Source of the DNA: Perna viridis
Lineage: Eukaryota
Assembly: GCA_037379345.1 (NCBI GenBank)
Contig: CM074514.1
Span: 45,012,001-45,076,000, forward strand
Direction: 5' to 3'
Length of the DNA stretch: 64,000 nt
A program made the position numbers and the translations under genes. This document shows, in pieces, positions 1-13,200 of this stretch (the stretch's first letter is position 1; the number at the start of each line of letters is the position of its first letter). The notes under the pieces are model-generated. The model was not told where the DNA came from and made no database searches. It worked only from the letters and a program-made list of their open reading frames with translations.

Positions 1-290
1 AGAATACCACAGTAGGGTTCTTTAACATGCGAGGAACGTGGCATCTTTCCCAACACGGTGCACCACTATGGTTTGCGGCCAGGTTTTCCATATTATAGCC
101 TGACAACCCCAGCATGTAACATGCCAGGGGTACCCCATTCCACCATCTGGGGCACACATCCCAGTTGCTCTGCGGGCAGAGCGCCCTAGTCCCCGGCTAG
201 GGTTCTGAGCACTATTTAGTCGCCTTTTACGACAAGCTTAGCGCTGCTGCAGGCCTATTCTTTTAACACATGGACCTGCACAGGGCGGCT
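1..290. mobile_element. GC-rich interspersed repeat fragment (SINE/LINE-end-like), cut by the window edge
   Basis: Sharp GC contrast with the flank and a hairpin gtcgccttttacgac; family not assigned. Confidence 0.35.
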
Positions 291-770
291 GAATTAAAAG
301 AAAATTTGTTAAAAGCTAAGGAAAAATCACCTGATAAAGATGCTTTCCGAAAACTTTATTGATAAAAAATTGTTTATAAAAAAGGAGAGTAAAAATACTC
401 AAAATACATTGATCTTTAATTTGAGAAAATTAACAATTGAAATTATTGTTTTAATCACACCTACAAACAATTTAATGGAGCATGCGCAGAATCATCAGAT
501 ATTTCTCAGGTTGACATAACAAGGTCAAGGTTTAGTAAACCATAGAAAACAAACTATCATCACTGTTTCACAGATTTGTGGAACAATGCACATGAAAGTA
601 CCATGTCTCAGCTTTAGTTTGGCGAACTAAATATAAAATTCTTGATCTGTAACTATAGTATTTAGCATAAAAGTCCTAACTGCATGGTCACTCTGTCCAG
701 CTCTGTACATTTATTAAGAAAAGATTGCCAAGAGGATAATGACAACTGTAGAGCCAGGGCGGTGACTAGG

Positions 771-886
771 GGACATTACATGTGCATATACATGTAAGTA
801 AAGTGCAAATGATCATTTGGAGAATTTTTTTAGGACATTACATGTACATATACATGTAAGTCGAGCGTAAATGATCATTTGGAGAA
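771..886. repeat. Tandem duplication, about 62-bp unit x 2
   Basis: ggacattacatgt.catatacatgtaagt...aaatgatcatttggagaa at 771 and 833. Confidence 0.8.
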
Positions 887-3879
887 ATGTTATAAAGTAT
901 TAAGAACACCGGGTATAGTTAAAATTACAATTCGACAATTCAATGTGTAAGTGAAAAATTTTATATGGCAAGGGGGGTTGAAGGGTCTCAATAATACCAC
1001 AGACAATTACACAATTGAATTGGCGATCTTCCTTACTTTAGCGTCACCAAAATCTTCAGAGTCACTGTTGCTTCCTGTATTTCCCATCCCTAAATATAAA
1101 CGTCATTTCAATAACAGAAGATAACTTTCTTTTCCAAATTTTCTCAACCAGGGTCACAGGAAGTTGAGGGACGGTAACTCTGATAGTTGATCTTAACAAT
1201 CGGAACTACTCGATCATTTCCGTTCATAATATGAACGTTTCCCTGTGTAACGAGAAAGTATAGTGAGAATTTCCGATTGTGTGAGGAAAAAATGTTAAGA
1301 GTAATTTTGACTGGAAATAATTGCGCAGGTTTAAGTCTGTTACTCGTATGGACACAAAGACTATGAAATTCCTTGTTTGTAAAACAAGCAAAACCAAAAA
1401 ATGCATTGATATTCTTGTTCATTACCAGGGACTTAATATATAATTCCACTCACTGTCATAACGTATTAATTTTGAAACATCATGATAACCAAGAATGCTA
1501 GTCACACACGGGCAGTGAACTTCCAAGAAGTCTATTTTCCAGGAAAAGGAAAGTCTTTGTCTACTTGAAATATCTAAAAATAGCATATGTAATGGCATAG
1601 ACCTGTAATTAAATTTAATTATAGGAGAGTTCTTCGTGATGTCACCATTTACCTGTGATTCGGTTTTAGTTGGCAAAAAAATCTATTCAGTGGTATGGGG
1701 CATCAACTTTAAACAAGGAGTTAAACATATTTAACTCTTTGCTTTAAATCATCATGTTTTTCATTTTTTTAAGATAATTGAAAAATTCTTATGATTTCCA
1801 AAATTGCAAGCAAAATTCTTTTTATCCCTGGAATTTTTAAATAAATATTCAGCAATTAGACTATATGTGCTGAGGTTTACATATAAATATCACTACAAAT
1901 TTATTTTTCAAGTAAAAGAGTTATAAATTCACATACAAAATATGAATTATTTTACATAAATGAAACATTTTACTGAAAATTGGGATTCTAGTCACGAAAT
2001 TGTCAATTGTTTATTTGCCGGCCAATTTGACACTTAATGCTATGCAAATTAGTGAATATGACATCACTAATGAGATTGGCGAACTATCAGTCTCTGGTAG
2101 TGGATATCCAGATAATCTGTTATAAAAACTCAATATGAGGGGATTGTAGTAGTCGGTCCAGATACTCGGTATAAGTCAATATGTTTTAATATACGTAAAA
2201 TTGTTGTGGGCTATATCTAATATAAAATTCAATTTAAATATTTTAAAATTGATCATATACTCGACCCCCCACACAGTCATTCTAGTTGAAAATATAGACA
2301 CTTCGCATGTAAAGGTATCTTCAGGGCCTTGATTAGTATAACAATATGTCACAGTCTGGATGCCTCCTCCGTCTATATACCGGGTAAACTTAAAGTTTGA
2401 ACACTCTATATTTGCAACGCGAAAGAAAAAAATGATTAAAAAATCAGTTATATAAATAAAAAGGGACCAAATTAAAATTAAGAAAGTTACAATGAAAATA
2501 TTGAGGAAGGGAATAAACTAAAAATACAAAAATATCATAAAAATGTCAATTTTTAAGTAGGCTTATTAATTAGCCTACTAAGTAGGCTTATTAATTATCA
2601 GTAATTGCCCCGGGGAAAATTAGTGATACTGGGCAACTTCTAACCCTTAATTAGCAATTTTAAACTCATTGTTATGCAATAAAATTGAGAGAGGTTCCTT
2701 TTATCTTTTTAATTGTAGCAAATTAAAAAAGTTAAACAACCATTCAGGCACATTTTTATTCGTCTTTTGTCTAAAATAAAAATAATAAATTCCGTGTATT
2801 TTCAGTGGTTAAAAAAATAATATGACTATTGTTACCCCTATCCAGCCTTCATCTTTAATTAGGCATGTACTTATTCATCGAAATCCATCCAGCTTTTTTT
2901 TTACAAACAATTGGAGAAAATCGGGCAATCAAAAGCCAGACAGCAGAAGCATATAAATGTTTTATTACAAGTGACTTGATATAATAGAAAGGTCGAAGTT
3001 CAATGTTCCAAATTTGACAAACTTTAGCTTCTATTTTATTGAAATACTTGTGTTTTTAAAGGCATTATCTGCTTAATGTAAAATTGATCGACCGTAGATA
3101 GTAAGGTCGATCTCCTTTTGTGCCAAAAAGGGATGATATTGCGCTTTTTTATTTTTCAAATTCGTAGTTAAAAAACAAGAATCCTTTTGCACCAAAGCAC
3201 TTAAGGTTAATTTGCAATTATCTTAATATTATTATAATGATACTATATATGATAAATTGCTCGTTGTAATTGGCATGAAAGACCCCGTAACCGTTGTTAG
3301 TTCGGCGAACAGTGGAAAGAACTGTCCAAACTGATGGCAGAAACATAACAGAATCGCCAGTATATGTTGTCAAGAGGTTATCTGAAAACTGCTTAAATGC
3401 ACAGTTCATGGTATATTTGGTACGAGGTCTTCTGTAAAATAATCACAAACATCACAAATCAGGTTTAAGAAAAGCTAAACCAAACATTTGCTGCAGGAGC
3501 TCACTATCCTTACGCTTATATTCCTGGGAAAGTCCAAGAATCTGAATCTTGCGTCACCAAGAAACGACACGACAAAATCTGGATGTCTTTGAAATATATG
3601 GTGTCGCTACCGTTAAAGATATTTTACAGGTAAACTGACACGTGGAATTGGTAGTCTTTTTTGACGAAATTCAACTACGGGGAAAACTAATTTTGGCCCA
3701 ATTTAACTACAATGCCCGACAATAGAAATTATCGTTACGATTATAACGATTATAACTATACAAGTAACGTTTTGGTTGACACAATGTTTATGAATGTATC
3801 ATGTACATATAACAATCGTCTTATTCGAACTCATAATCTTCGTATGATTAAATATTCAAATCGATACCTACCAATAAAC

Positions 3880-3893
3880 GTTACCATGGCGAC
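3880..3893. promoter_or_regulatory. Candidate RFX X-box upstream of gene A
   Basis: GTTACCATGGCGAC (reverse strand GTCGCCATGGTAAC) fits the GTHNYYATRRNAAC consensus, about 315 nt before the ATG. Confidence 0.5.
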
Positions 3894-4208
3894 AAATTTA
3901 AGTGTTACTTACTTGCATGCAATAATACCAACTTCTTTCGTAATAATCACTTGTATCAAGTTAATTACAGATTAATTATTCATGAAAATTTCGCTAGAAT
4001 ACAAAAATCTCGTCAAGATCATACGAAGGTGTTTTTTACCATTCTCCGGAGGACCATATGTGCCAAAAGTCTTAATTAAGTTATTGTTTTTGGTCAGAGT
4101 TGATTTCGTAAATAATGAATTATATCTTAGGTAGCTACCCGTTTTTATAATATCTTTTGGGGTGAAAAGATGTCTTTTTGTATTTGACTTGGCATGAGGC
4201 TAAGTAAC

Positions 4209-7200
4209 ATGAAAATACGACAATGTTTTGGGGTGACTATAATTCTTCTGGGTAAGTTTCATTTTTTTTCAATATTTGTAATTTATACACACAGCTTTCA
4301 ATTTGCTGTTATTTGTATGAAATGAAACCATTCCTGGAAAGTGTGAACACAGTTGATTACAAAATATCTATAATGATAAAAAATGAACAGAAAAAAACAG
4401 AGTGCTACCGAACTGAACAAGGAAAGAAAATTAGCGTCATTCGTATATTTACATTTTGAAAAGAATGAAATGTTAAATAGGATTAAACTGAGTTATACAG
4501 CTATAGCCCCATTTAAAATGGTCTTGAGTTAGTTATTTACTCTCGCTCTTTTATGTTAAGTTGTTAATAAAAAGAAACTATTCATCTGGGTTTTCTTTCC
4601 TTTTCAGGATTTGCTGCCAAAGTACTTGGTGTTCGATTTCAATACTATGAACACGATGATTTGGACTTTCAACGTGATATAAGTTTGTCAGGTTCCCATG
4701 CAATTATTGGAGACTTCCCACACTGGTGTTTGGGGAACATACAAAAATGTATGGATGGATTCTCAATCAAAACTTCCATCAAAATGTTACATAAAAATGT
4801 AGACACTTCAGAAGTATTCATATTCTCAAATGGAGGCGGTTCTTTCTCGTCAGAAGGATTTTACTTATTCAAAAAGCTCGGGGATCAATACGAGGCTGGC
4901 GTTACCAAAAGCAACCAGAAATGGCGGGTAAATTTCAGATTAATTCCCGACCAACTCGTTAATTTTTTAATGACTTGGAATGAAACCAGTGGACTTAGAG
5001 TGTATGTGGACGAACTTGAATACAAACAAGATCTGCCTGAATCGTATGAATATGACGGTGATTTGTTTGACACCTATAGTCATTTCCTTATTGGTAACAA
5101 TATGTATGGTGAACCTCTTCAAGAAAACCTCTTTGAAATTGAAGAAATTGAGTTCTATGATAAAATTATTGACAACAAGATGGGTAAGCATCATTAAATT
5201 AAAAAAAAACTCTACAAACAAAACATAACGTTAACGGTTTTGTATATTATTTTGCTACGTTGACCCTATAAAAGTTTTAATTGGAAGGGATCTGTTGAGA
5301 TGATTTCTCCAGCATAATAAATAAGTAATGATACACAAAATAGCATGAGTGACGCTCAGAAAAGAAAATCAAAGACTGAAGTGTTCAAAGTCGCTAATCG
5401 TTAAATGTTCTATGCCACTGATTTTGGCTTCCTTTCAACATCCGAAATGGCACGATTGCGATATGCAATAAAATCGGGTGACTTCCGCTAGAATCTTGGT
5501 TCCCTTGACATGATTACTCTTTCATAACCGTGATGTCCCTAATGTTTTTCAATCAAAACAACTGATTATCATGAAGTGCGGGTAATGTTTTCGTTCCACA
5601 AGTTTAGCGATCTTTGGGTCGCTTGTGATATTGGCCAGGGAACCAGATTAGGAAACAGATGAAACAACTGACAATGACTATAAATATATATCGGGTCCCT
5701 GATAATGTATATGACTTATATAGTCAGTTGTAACGAGCACTTGTGTCTGAATCGGAAACTGGGTAATGTTCAATGCTAACCGGTCATTTCATCTTTAAAA
5801 TGTAATATAAACTTTCCGTTCTCATAAAAAAAACATAGAGCACATGTGCATGATATTTAAGAGGTACATGTTGATCTCGTATGAAGCTAGAACAATGAAG
5901 CTATAACGATAAACACAGCACCGATCAGCAGCATAATGTGGAGTAGTAATATATAATTTTGCAAATCATATGCGAATGTAAAGTTTTGAAATTAAGAACG
6001 CAAGAAGTTGCAGCAGTGTGGTGGACGCATTTTTTCAACAAACGGTCGGCATTCTAATGGGAACAAATTGTGCTCCTCTACTTGCTGACCTATGCCTTCA
6101 CTTTTATGAGGCTGACTTTATAGCTGATCTGATCCGAAAGAAAGGATATCGTTTAGCTAGATCCTTTAATCTCAGTTTCCGCTATATAGATGACGTATTA
6201 TCATTAAACAATCCTAATTTCGGGGATTTGATACATCGCATCTACCCCAAAGAACTTGAGATAAAGGATACCACAGACACTGTGAGGTCAGCCTCATATC
6301 TTGACCTACAGTTAGAAATCGATGGTAAAGGAAAACTATTGACCCAACTTAAAGACAAACGTGATGACTTTTCATTCAGAATTGTCAAATTTCCTTTCAT
6401 CTGTGGAAACATCCCTTCAGCACCTGCGTATGGAGTGTTCATATCACAGCTCATACGTTATGCCAGAGCTTACCGAAACTACGCGGACTTTTTATATCGC
6501 GCTAGAATTCTAAAAAATAGGCTTCTGGAACAGGGTTATGTTGCTACAAGATTGAAGTCATCACTACATAAGTTTTGTGGTCGTCATCATGGACCGCTAA
6601 GGTGTATCCATCTGCACCATGAAAACTGATTTGTTCAACGTGTCATAGTTTTCCTTTCCTCTTTCGTCTACCCCGGACTTGACTTTTAATGAGCAACTCG
6701 GCGGGTGTTTCTAGAAAATCAGAGGACGCTTACCCTACCGGTGCACCTGGTCCACGCTCCCAGTTTTTGGTGGAGTCCGAGTTGCTCATTTGCTTTTGTT
6801 ACTTTGTATGTATGATTTTAGTTACTTTATGTTCATTGTTGTGTATGTCTGTTTTCCATGTCTGGTCTTTGTCCCTGGATTACATTCTTTTGATTACCGC
6901 TATAACCTTGGTTCCCATGATTACTCCCTTCGCAACTTAAGGTTTTTGTGAATTGCTTAACCTCTGTGCATTCACGCACTTGGAATATAGAACAAAGGAT
7001 GCCTCTAGAAAAAATATCTTTAATAGATTTTACAATCATGACAATAAACACGTCTTCCCTACATCTATTGAAAATAGCTCAACCAAGAACTGTTATAAAA
7101 CACTACAAACCACGTCTTTTTATGTACATAATAAATAGATATAATACATTAAATAGAATTTTACAAAATACACGTTTTCGATTGAAACCATAATGTCCAT

Positions 7201-10200
7201 TTCCGGTAAAAGAGATAGTTGCGTTCTAAGAATATTTTTGGTAGACTTCAATAATGTTTGTATATGTCCAATCCCCTTTTCTTTTCATCTTAGCAAAATA
7301 TATTAATTTAATATTAAACTGACGTTCACACACTTCAAGTACATTAAGTTATAACTGCTTTAAATACTTCCCAGTTCTCACACTACTTGCAAAAGCTCTT
7401 TTATTTTTGTGTTACTAGATTTTGCCTACTTCTTGTTACGTGCAAAAGTTTTTTTCCTATAGGTAAAGCCGTTAATCGTCTTGGGTGCGTGGACAACATT
7501 CCAGCTAACGCCATGGTTTTACCTTTAAACAGTTCAGACACTAGCAATATGGTTCAACAATGTAGACTAATGTGTAGCCAATCTTTTGACGCAAGGATAA
7601 CGTTGTTGAGAGATTCCATGTGTTACTGTGCAAACATCAATGACCTGGACATTTTAACCACGAGTCATTCTACATGCAATGGCGACCAGCTGAATGCATA
7701 CCGTTCAACGTTTCTAACTAAACGAAATCCCTACACAATTGATGTTAAAGTCCATCGACAATCGAACAGACTATATGTAAAACCGCTCGAATCAGTGCGA
7801 ATAGAGATATTATCAAATCTACCTCACTTCGTCAGTTTCAGTGTTGACATGGGCGACGGGATAAAAATAACCACTTTTGAAAGGGAAGTGTACCATTACT
7901 GGTATCAAGCTGGTAACTTTTCAATAGTTATTACTGCCAAATTAGGCTCTATAGATGTCTCAGGTAACAAAACATTTTTGGTCGAGGATGTAGACGAAGG
8001 CATTGCTCCTGAAATGGTTCACATTGCAGGATTCCATGCTACGCACAACCAGAAAGGAATGTTTGATATATACTTTGCCAGTAACTTTTCTACAGTCTGC
8101 ACGGTAGATTTTGGGGATACTACAACCAAAGTCGAAGTTCGATCAGGATCAGGAAACATGTTTGTATCACTGCACAGATTGGAACACAGTTTTAGGCTAA
8201 TCGGTCACTACAACCCAAGTGTAACCTGCCAAAATAATTACGGTGATAAAACATCGAATACTATGTTTACTTCAAAAACATTTGACATCTTATTTGACTA
8301 TGTCACCATCGATAATGAGTTCAGAACTCAGTACGCACAGGGATTTCCATACCTCGATACTTCAGACATTTCAAGAAATACGAAAGACTCGCTTCCCTTC
8401 AAAGACAACAATGGTCTCATTTCATTTCCATTACAGCGTCCTTTTGAAAATCTTTTATCATTTAACATCGGAGATGAATCTGTCCAAAAGCGAATCTTCT
8501 ATGTCCAGTCAAATCTCACTGAAGCTGAAATAAGAATAGACAATTTGGCAGACGCCTGGATGCTAACAACAAACATCACCGTAATCATACCACCAGGATA
8601 TCAAACTTTTGTAAATTGTACATTTGGTTTATCTGTCGATGAAATGTTTTACGTGTACGCGTCAGATTATGCAGTGGTTGTCGAGTTCTTGTTTAATTAC
8701 ACCAGCATCGGCTATTATGATGTTGTGGTGAATACCTTTAATGACATCAGCGAGACTTCAATTTCTGACCTCATTTCAGTGGAGGTCCCCATCGACACAA
8801 TCGAAATCACAACAAGTAATATTATTGACAAGACTGATCCAGTCGTTTTGAGTATCAGTTTAAATATGGACAATGATGGTCCACAAAAAGTAAGATTTGA
8901 TATCGACCATGGAGACGGTCACATTCGTACTCATCACTATTTCAGCTCCACAAAATTGTTCACGTCTTACCAAAACTCCCATATATACGCAGATTGGGGT
9001 ATGTATAGAATATGTGTTACAGCTATGAATGAAATAAGTAATATAACCGCGTGTACAAGGGTCCAAGTAGGTCAAAACATGACATACAATGACATCCAGA
9101 CAGACACCGACGCTCGAGTTTCGACTAGCAATTACGCGAGCGTAATTTTGACTAGTACGTCAGGTTCAGATAGGACCTATATTGTTAACTTCGGAGATGG
9201 TCATCCTTTTACGTTTACCGACCGGGAGTTGGACGAAGGAGAAGTTGTAAGTCATGACAGTATAATTGATGATGGTAACACGACTCATGAAGGATCTCCA
9301 TTACAAAGAAATGCTTCAAACGCACTATCTACGACTGGAAATGTGTTGCTCATGACTACAGAACCAACTTCTAGGTCTCAGCAAAGTACTGGAGATCACA
9401 TGCCCAAGTCCATCGCCAACAGGACATCAGACGAAACAATAGAAGTTTACCATATCTATGAACGACCTGGGCAATATCGAGTATCGATGACTGTACAGAA
9501 CGAATTCTCAGAACAAACAAAAGACCTTTGTCCAACGATAATTGTCGATGATACGGATGTAGAAAACTGCGAAAAGCCCGATGTATGGTTCGATGGTATC
9601 GATATATCGCAACCTTATGAGCGAATAAGATCTAAGCAGATAGACATTATCGTTAACGCTTCGTCGTCTTGTAGCGACGTCTTTATGTACTCATGGAAAA
9701 TGACTCGGTTACTTAACGGTTACTACAAGACATTTAGTAGCATTTGTGAAACAGATGGTAGCAACGGCATTTTAACAATTCCTGAAGTCTTTCTCGGTTT
9801 CGGTAACTATAAGATAACAATTACGGTTGCTCCAGTTGGCTACCCGCTTGCTGCAACCTCCAAAGTCATAAATTTGAAGATAATACCTTCCCCACCAGTA
9901 GCCTACATAGCAGGAGATGACGAAATGTGGTTCTTAACATTTGGTACCACCACTATAGACTTTCAGCAATCAAGAGATCCCGATTTAATATTAAACAAAA
10001 GAAAAGGGATCGAGTACGACCTTTTCTGCATGCCAGAAAATGCATTTTCTACGATAGAAGACGACGATTTGAACACATTAAGGGGGAAATCTATGTACAT
10101 TATAGAAGACACCTTGTTTGGAGGAAAAACAAAGAACCCTGCAAGGTTCTATGACTACGCAACATGCTTGGATCCAGAGAGCTTAACGAATGCAACCGCA

Positions 10201-13200
10201 GACATCACTTTGTCTGGAGGACTGTTCAATATGCCTTCAAGATTTTTCTCGTCAGAATTTCCCAAAAAGACTTTTGTCTTGTACGTTACCAAAGATGGGC
10301 GTACCACAAAAGCACACAGGACCATTGAGTTGCGAGTGTCCAATTCTACGGACGCATTCAGTGAATTAGACGCATTGCTGGCGAAGAAAGACGTAGCAGG
10401 GGTGTTGGCTGCCGTAAATATTCTTTCATCGGGAGTTGATGGTGGGGTAAGTTTTTTTTTCATTTATTGAATGTAGGAAATATTTTTCATGTTATTCAAA
10501 ATATCTTACATTCATGAACTTTTCTAGAGAATTGCAGACAATGAGACCCAGCAACAAAATAATAACTGTGACAAAACACAACAAACTATAGTTTACTTTT
10601 TCGAATGGTCTTTACATTGTCTGAATAAAAGCGATTCCATTGGTTTTGTAAATTTTGGTGATACAACTGTAATTGCAATTAAATTTCTTAACACATTTAT
10701 CTAAATCGTATTTCAATAATTAACCATGACACTACCAACCGCTATATTGAAATCACTATGTTTCTTTTTAACAAGATACGAATTAAAACAAATACAAACC
10801 ATAGATGTTAGTTTTTGATATTTTGCAGAGCAATAGTACCGCTGCTCAAGAGGAAGCGGAACAGGTGGGTATGCACGTAATGACAAGAGAACACTTTATC
10901 TTCTAGAATGCTCCATAGTATACTAAAATTGACAAATTCGATAATTAACAAAAACGCCGCCGCTTTTTTTGAGGCGGTATAATTAAAAGCGTAATCGCTA
11001 CGGATCAATATCATAAAGAATATGAGAGAATGGTAATAAAAAAAAATTGGGTATTAAAATGACACATTATCCATTGTTCTGTATTTTTAAAGCTGTTTAA
11101 GGATAAAAAATTATGTAAGAAATAAAGGGTGTATATACAATATTTCAAAATTATGTTTTTCACTTAATTACTCCGTGACATAAAACAAAAGTAAACTATG
11201 TACAATAAATAATATTTATGATTGATAATACGAATAGGACGATGAGAAAACAGTTCAACTGGTATGATATATTAATTTTTAAGGAAAACATATATATTTA
11301 CGCCAATTGTACATAGTAATTTTCTAAACTGCACCTTTGACGTTTTCTGAAAAAAAAAGGTTGGCTGAAAATTGTGGCGGATAGAACATTTAGGTGCGAA
11401 CATCATGCTTATTAACGACAGAGTAAAATAATGATATAGGCCAAAAGGGAACTATGATATGTTATGGTATTTTTTATTAGATGAAAGAGGCTCTGGTTAA
11501 CTATGTCGAGGCTGTGTCAGACAAAGTACAGAATGTTGGACAGTGTAAAATGGCAGCTTCAGCAGTTACGTCGTTAACTGAAGGGGAAATTAGCATGAAA
11601 ACTAGGGTAGGCTTGAGCCATGTTTATTTTGAATGGAAAGTTTCATGTACCAAAATTTTTAACATGACGATTTTCTAGGTCTTTAGTTTATATCGACATT
11701 TGATATATCTCTGTCCGTAAGCTATGAATACACAGTTTACAACAAAACCAAACAAAACGAAATTCTGATTTTACTGAGATAAAGAGATAATTGGATCTAC
11801 AATATATTTTCTTTCTTTTTTCTCCATTTTTTGGGTATATAAGCTTACGTTTCTGTAATGACTATATTTACTTGTATATTTGACTGTTTTGTAGTCTAAA
11901 GGATGCGGCGCTATTGCCAAGACCTCAGCCAGTATGTCGTCCAAGTTTGCTGACGAACCAATGTCCACTTTGACAAATGTAGCCGAAGGTACTTTTATTA
12001 CCAGTTTCCAGTTTTTTTTGAAAATTAGAGAATGACAATTCTTAGATTATTCGAATTATTTGTATTATAAATTACTTATTTAGCCTTTATATGTGCTCAA
12101 ACATTTGATTTTTCATAGCACAATAATAGAGAATAATCATCGTGCACTTAAAGTATGTTAGCTATCATTAATATTTTACAGTTGGACTTAAAGGGATTAG
12201 CAATGTGCTTCCGAAGCAAACAGAAGAAAAGAATGAGAAAACGACGAAACGAACCAAGAGGCAGCTGGAAAAAGAAAATTTGGACGTTAAGGTAAGTTAC
12301 AGTGATGGATTTGGTTAAGTTCGTGTACGCTCAATGCCGAAAAGATGGTTTTCTTTTTCATTCCATGTGACCTTAATAATTTTTATGGAAATTTTGTCCT
12401 AACCGTACGCCTAGTAAATGTTAAAATTTTCATAGATCCTTTTTGCTTTCTGTGGCTACATGTTAATTTTTTTTAATAATTATACTGCCTTTGCTTTTAA
12501 AAACAATCCTTTTTAAATTGCATGAATACACTCTACCTTAATTGGTATTAATTACAAAAAGCAACTCGAATCCTAAATAGTACTGACATAGGCATTTTGT
12601 GTCTCAGGTGGATCACTGTAAAGTAGAAACAGAGGTACCACAAAAGGAGACTGATGAAACAGAGGTAGAAGAGGAGTTTGATGACTATAACTCCCTCATA
12701 AAAAGGAACGACCTCCTGGACTCAGATGAGCTCGTCTTTTTCTACAACTGTCTCTATAGCTTTCCAAAAGCTTTCCGCGGGGCTGTTCGTAAATACGGAA
12801 AGATAATGTGGTTCCCAATGTCAATTTTAGATGTAGAAAATGATGATATTTTTAGCAAGTATGCTGTTGAATGGGAGCCTTTTGATGTTGATGAGTTCAT
12901 TAATGACTATTGTCGACTTGAAAAGCGACGGTTAGATCGTGAAAGACTTGAAGCTGTAAGTTATAACAATATAAAAAGAAAAAAATGCATGGGTCAGTGT
13001 GCTCCTTTTTGAGATATAAGCATTTGAAATTTTGGCGGGAAACGGATTTCTCTTGAATTTTTTGTTTTCTGTAAGTAAGTTTCATCTATGAAAAACTCGC
13101 TAAAACAAGGAATTTATGAAAACTTCTCAAATAACATTTCAAGGTGTGTTTAATGAAATTATAAAAAGAAAATTGGGGGTCACTGGGCAAAATATTTTAA

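Noticed and set aside
1100-1680. Overlapping minus-strand ORFs, possibly a decayed coding relic
   Set aside because: No recognisable motif or consistent splice structure; cannot be assigned.
6689-6789. SECIS or hammerhead ribozyme in the PLE 3' UTR
   Set aside because: The ATGA is fully Watson-Crick paired rather than forming a GA quartet, and there is no CUGAnGA/GAAA core.
6689-6940. Recurring 60-95 aa ORF ([20 protein letters not shown]...) also at 20874, 45479, 54376 and 57377
   Set aside because: It is the retroelement 3' UTR. The frame shifts freely at the T-run between copies, so recurrence reflects the repeat rather than coding selection.
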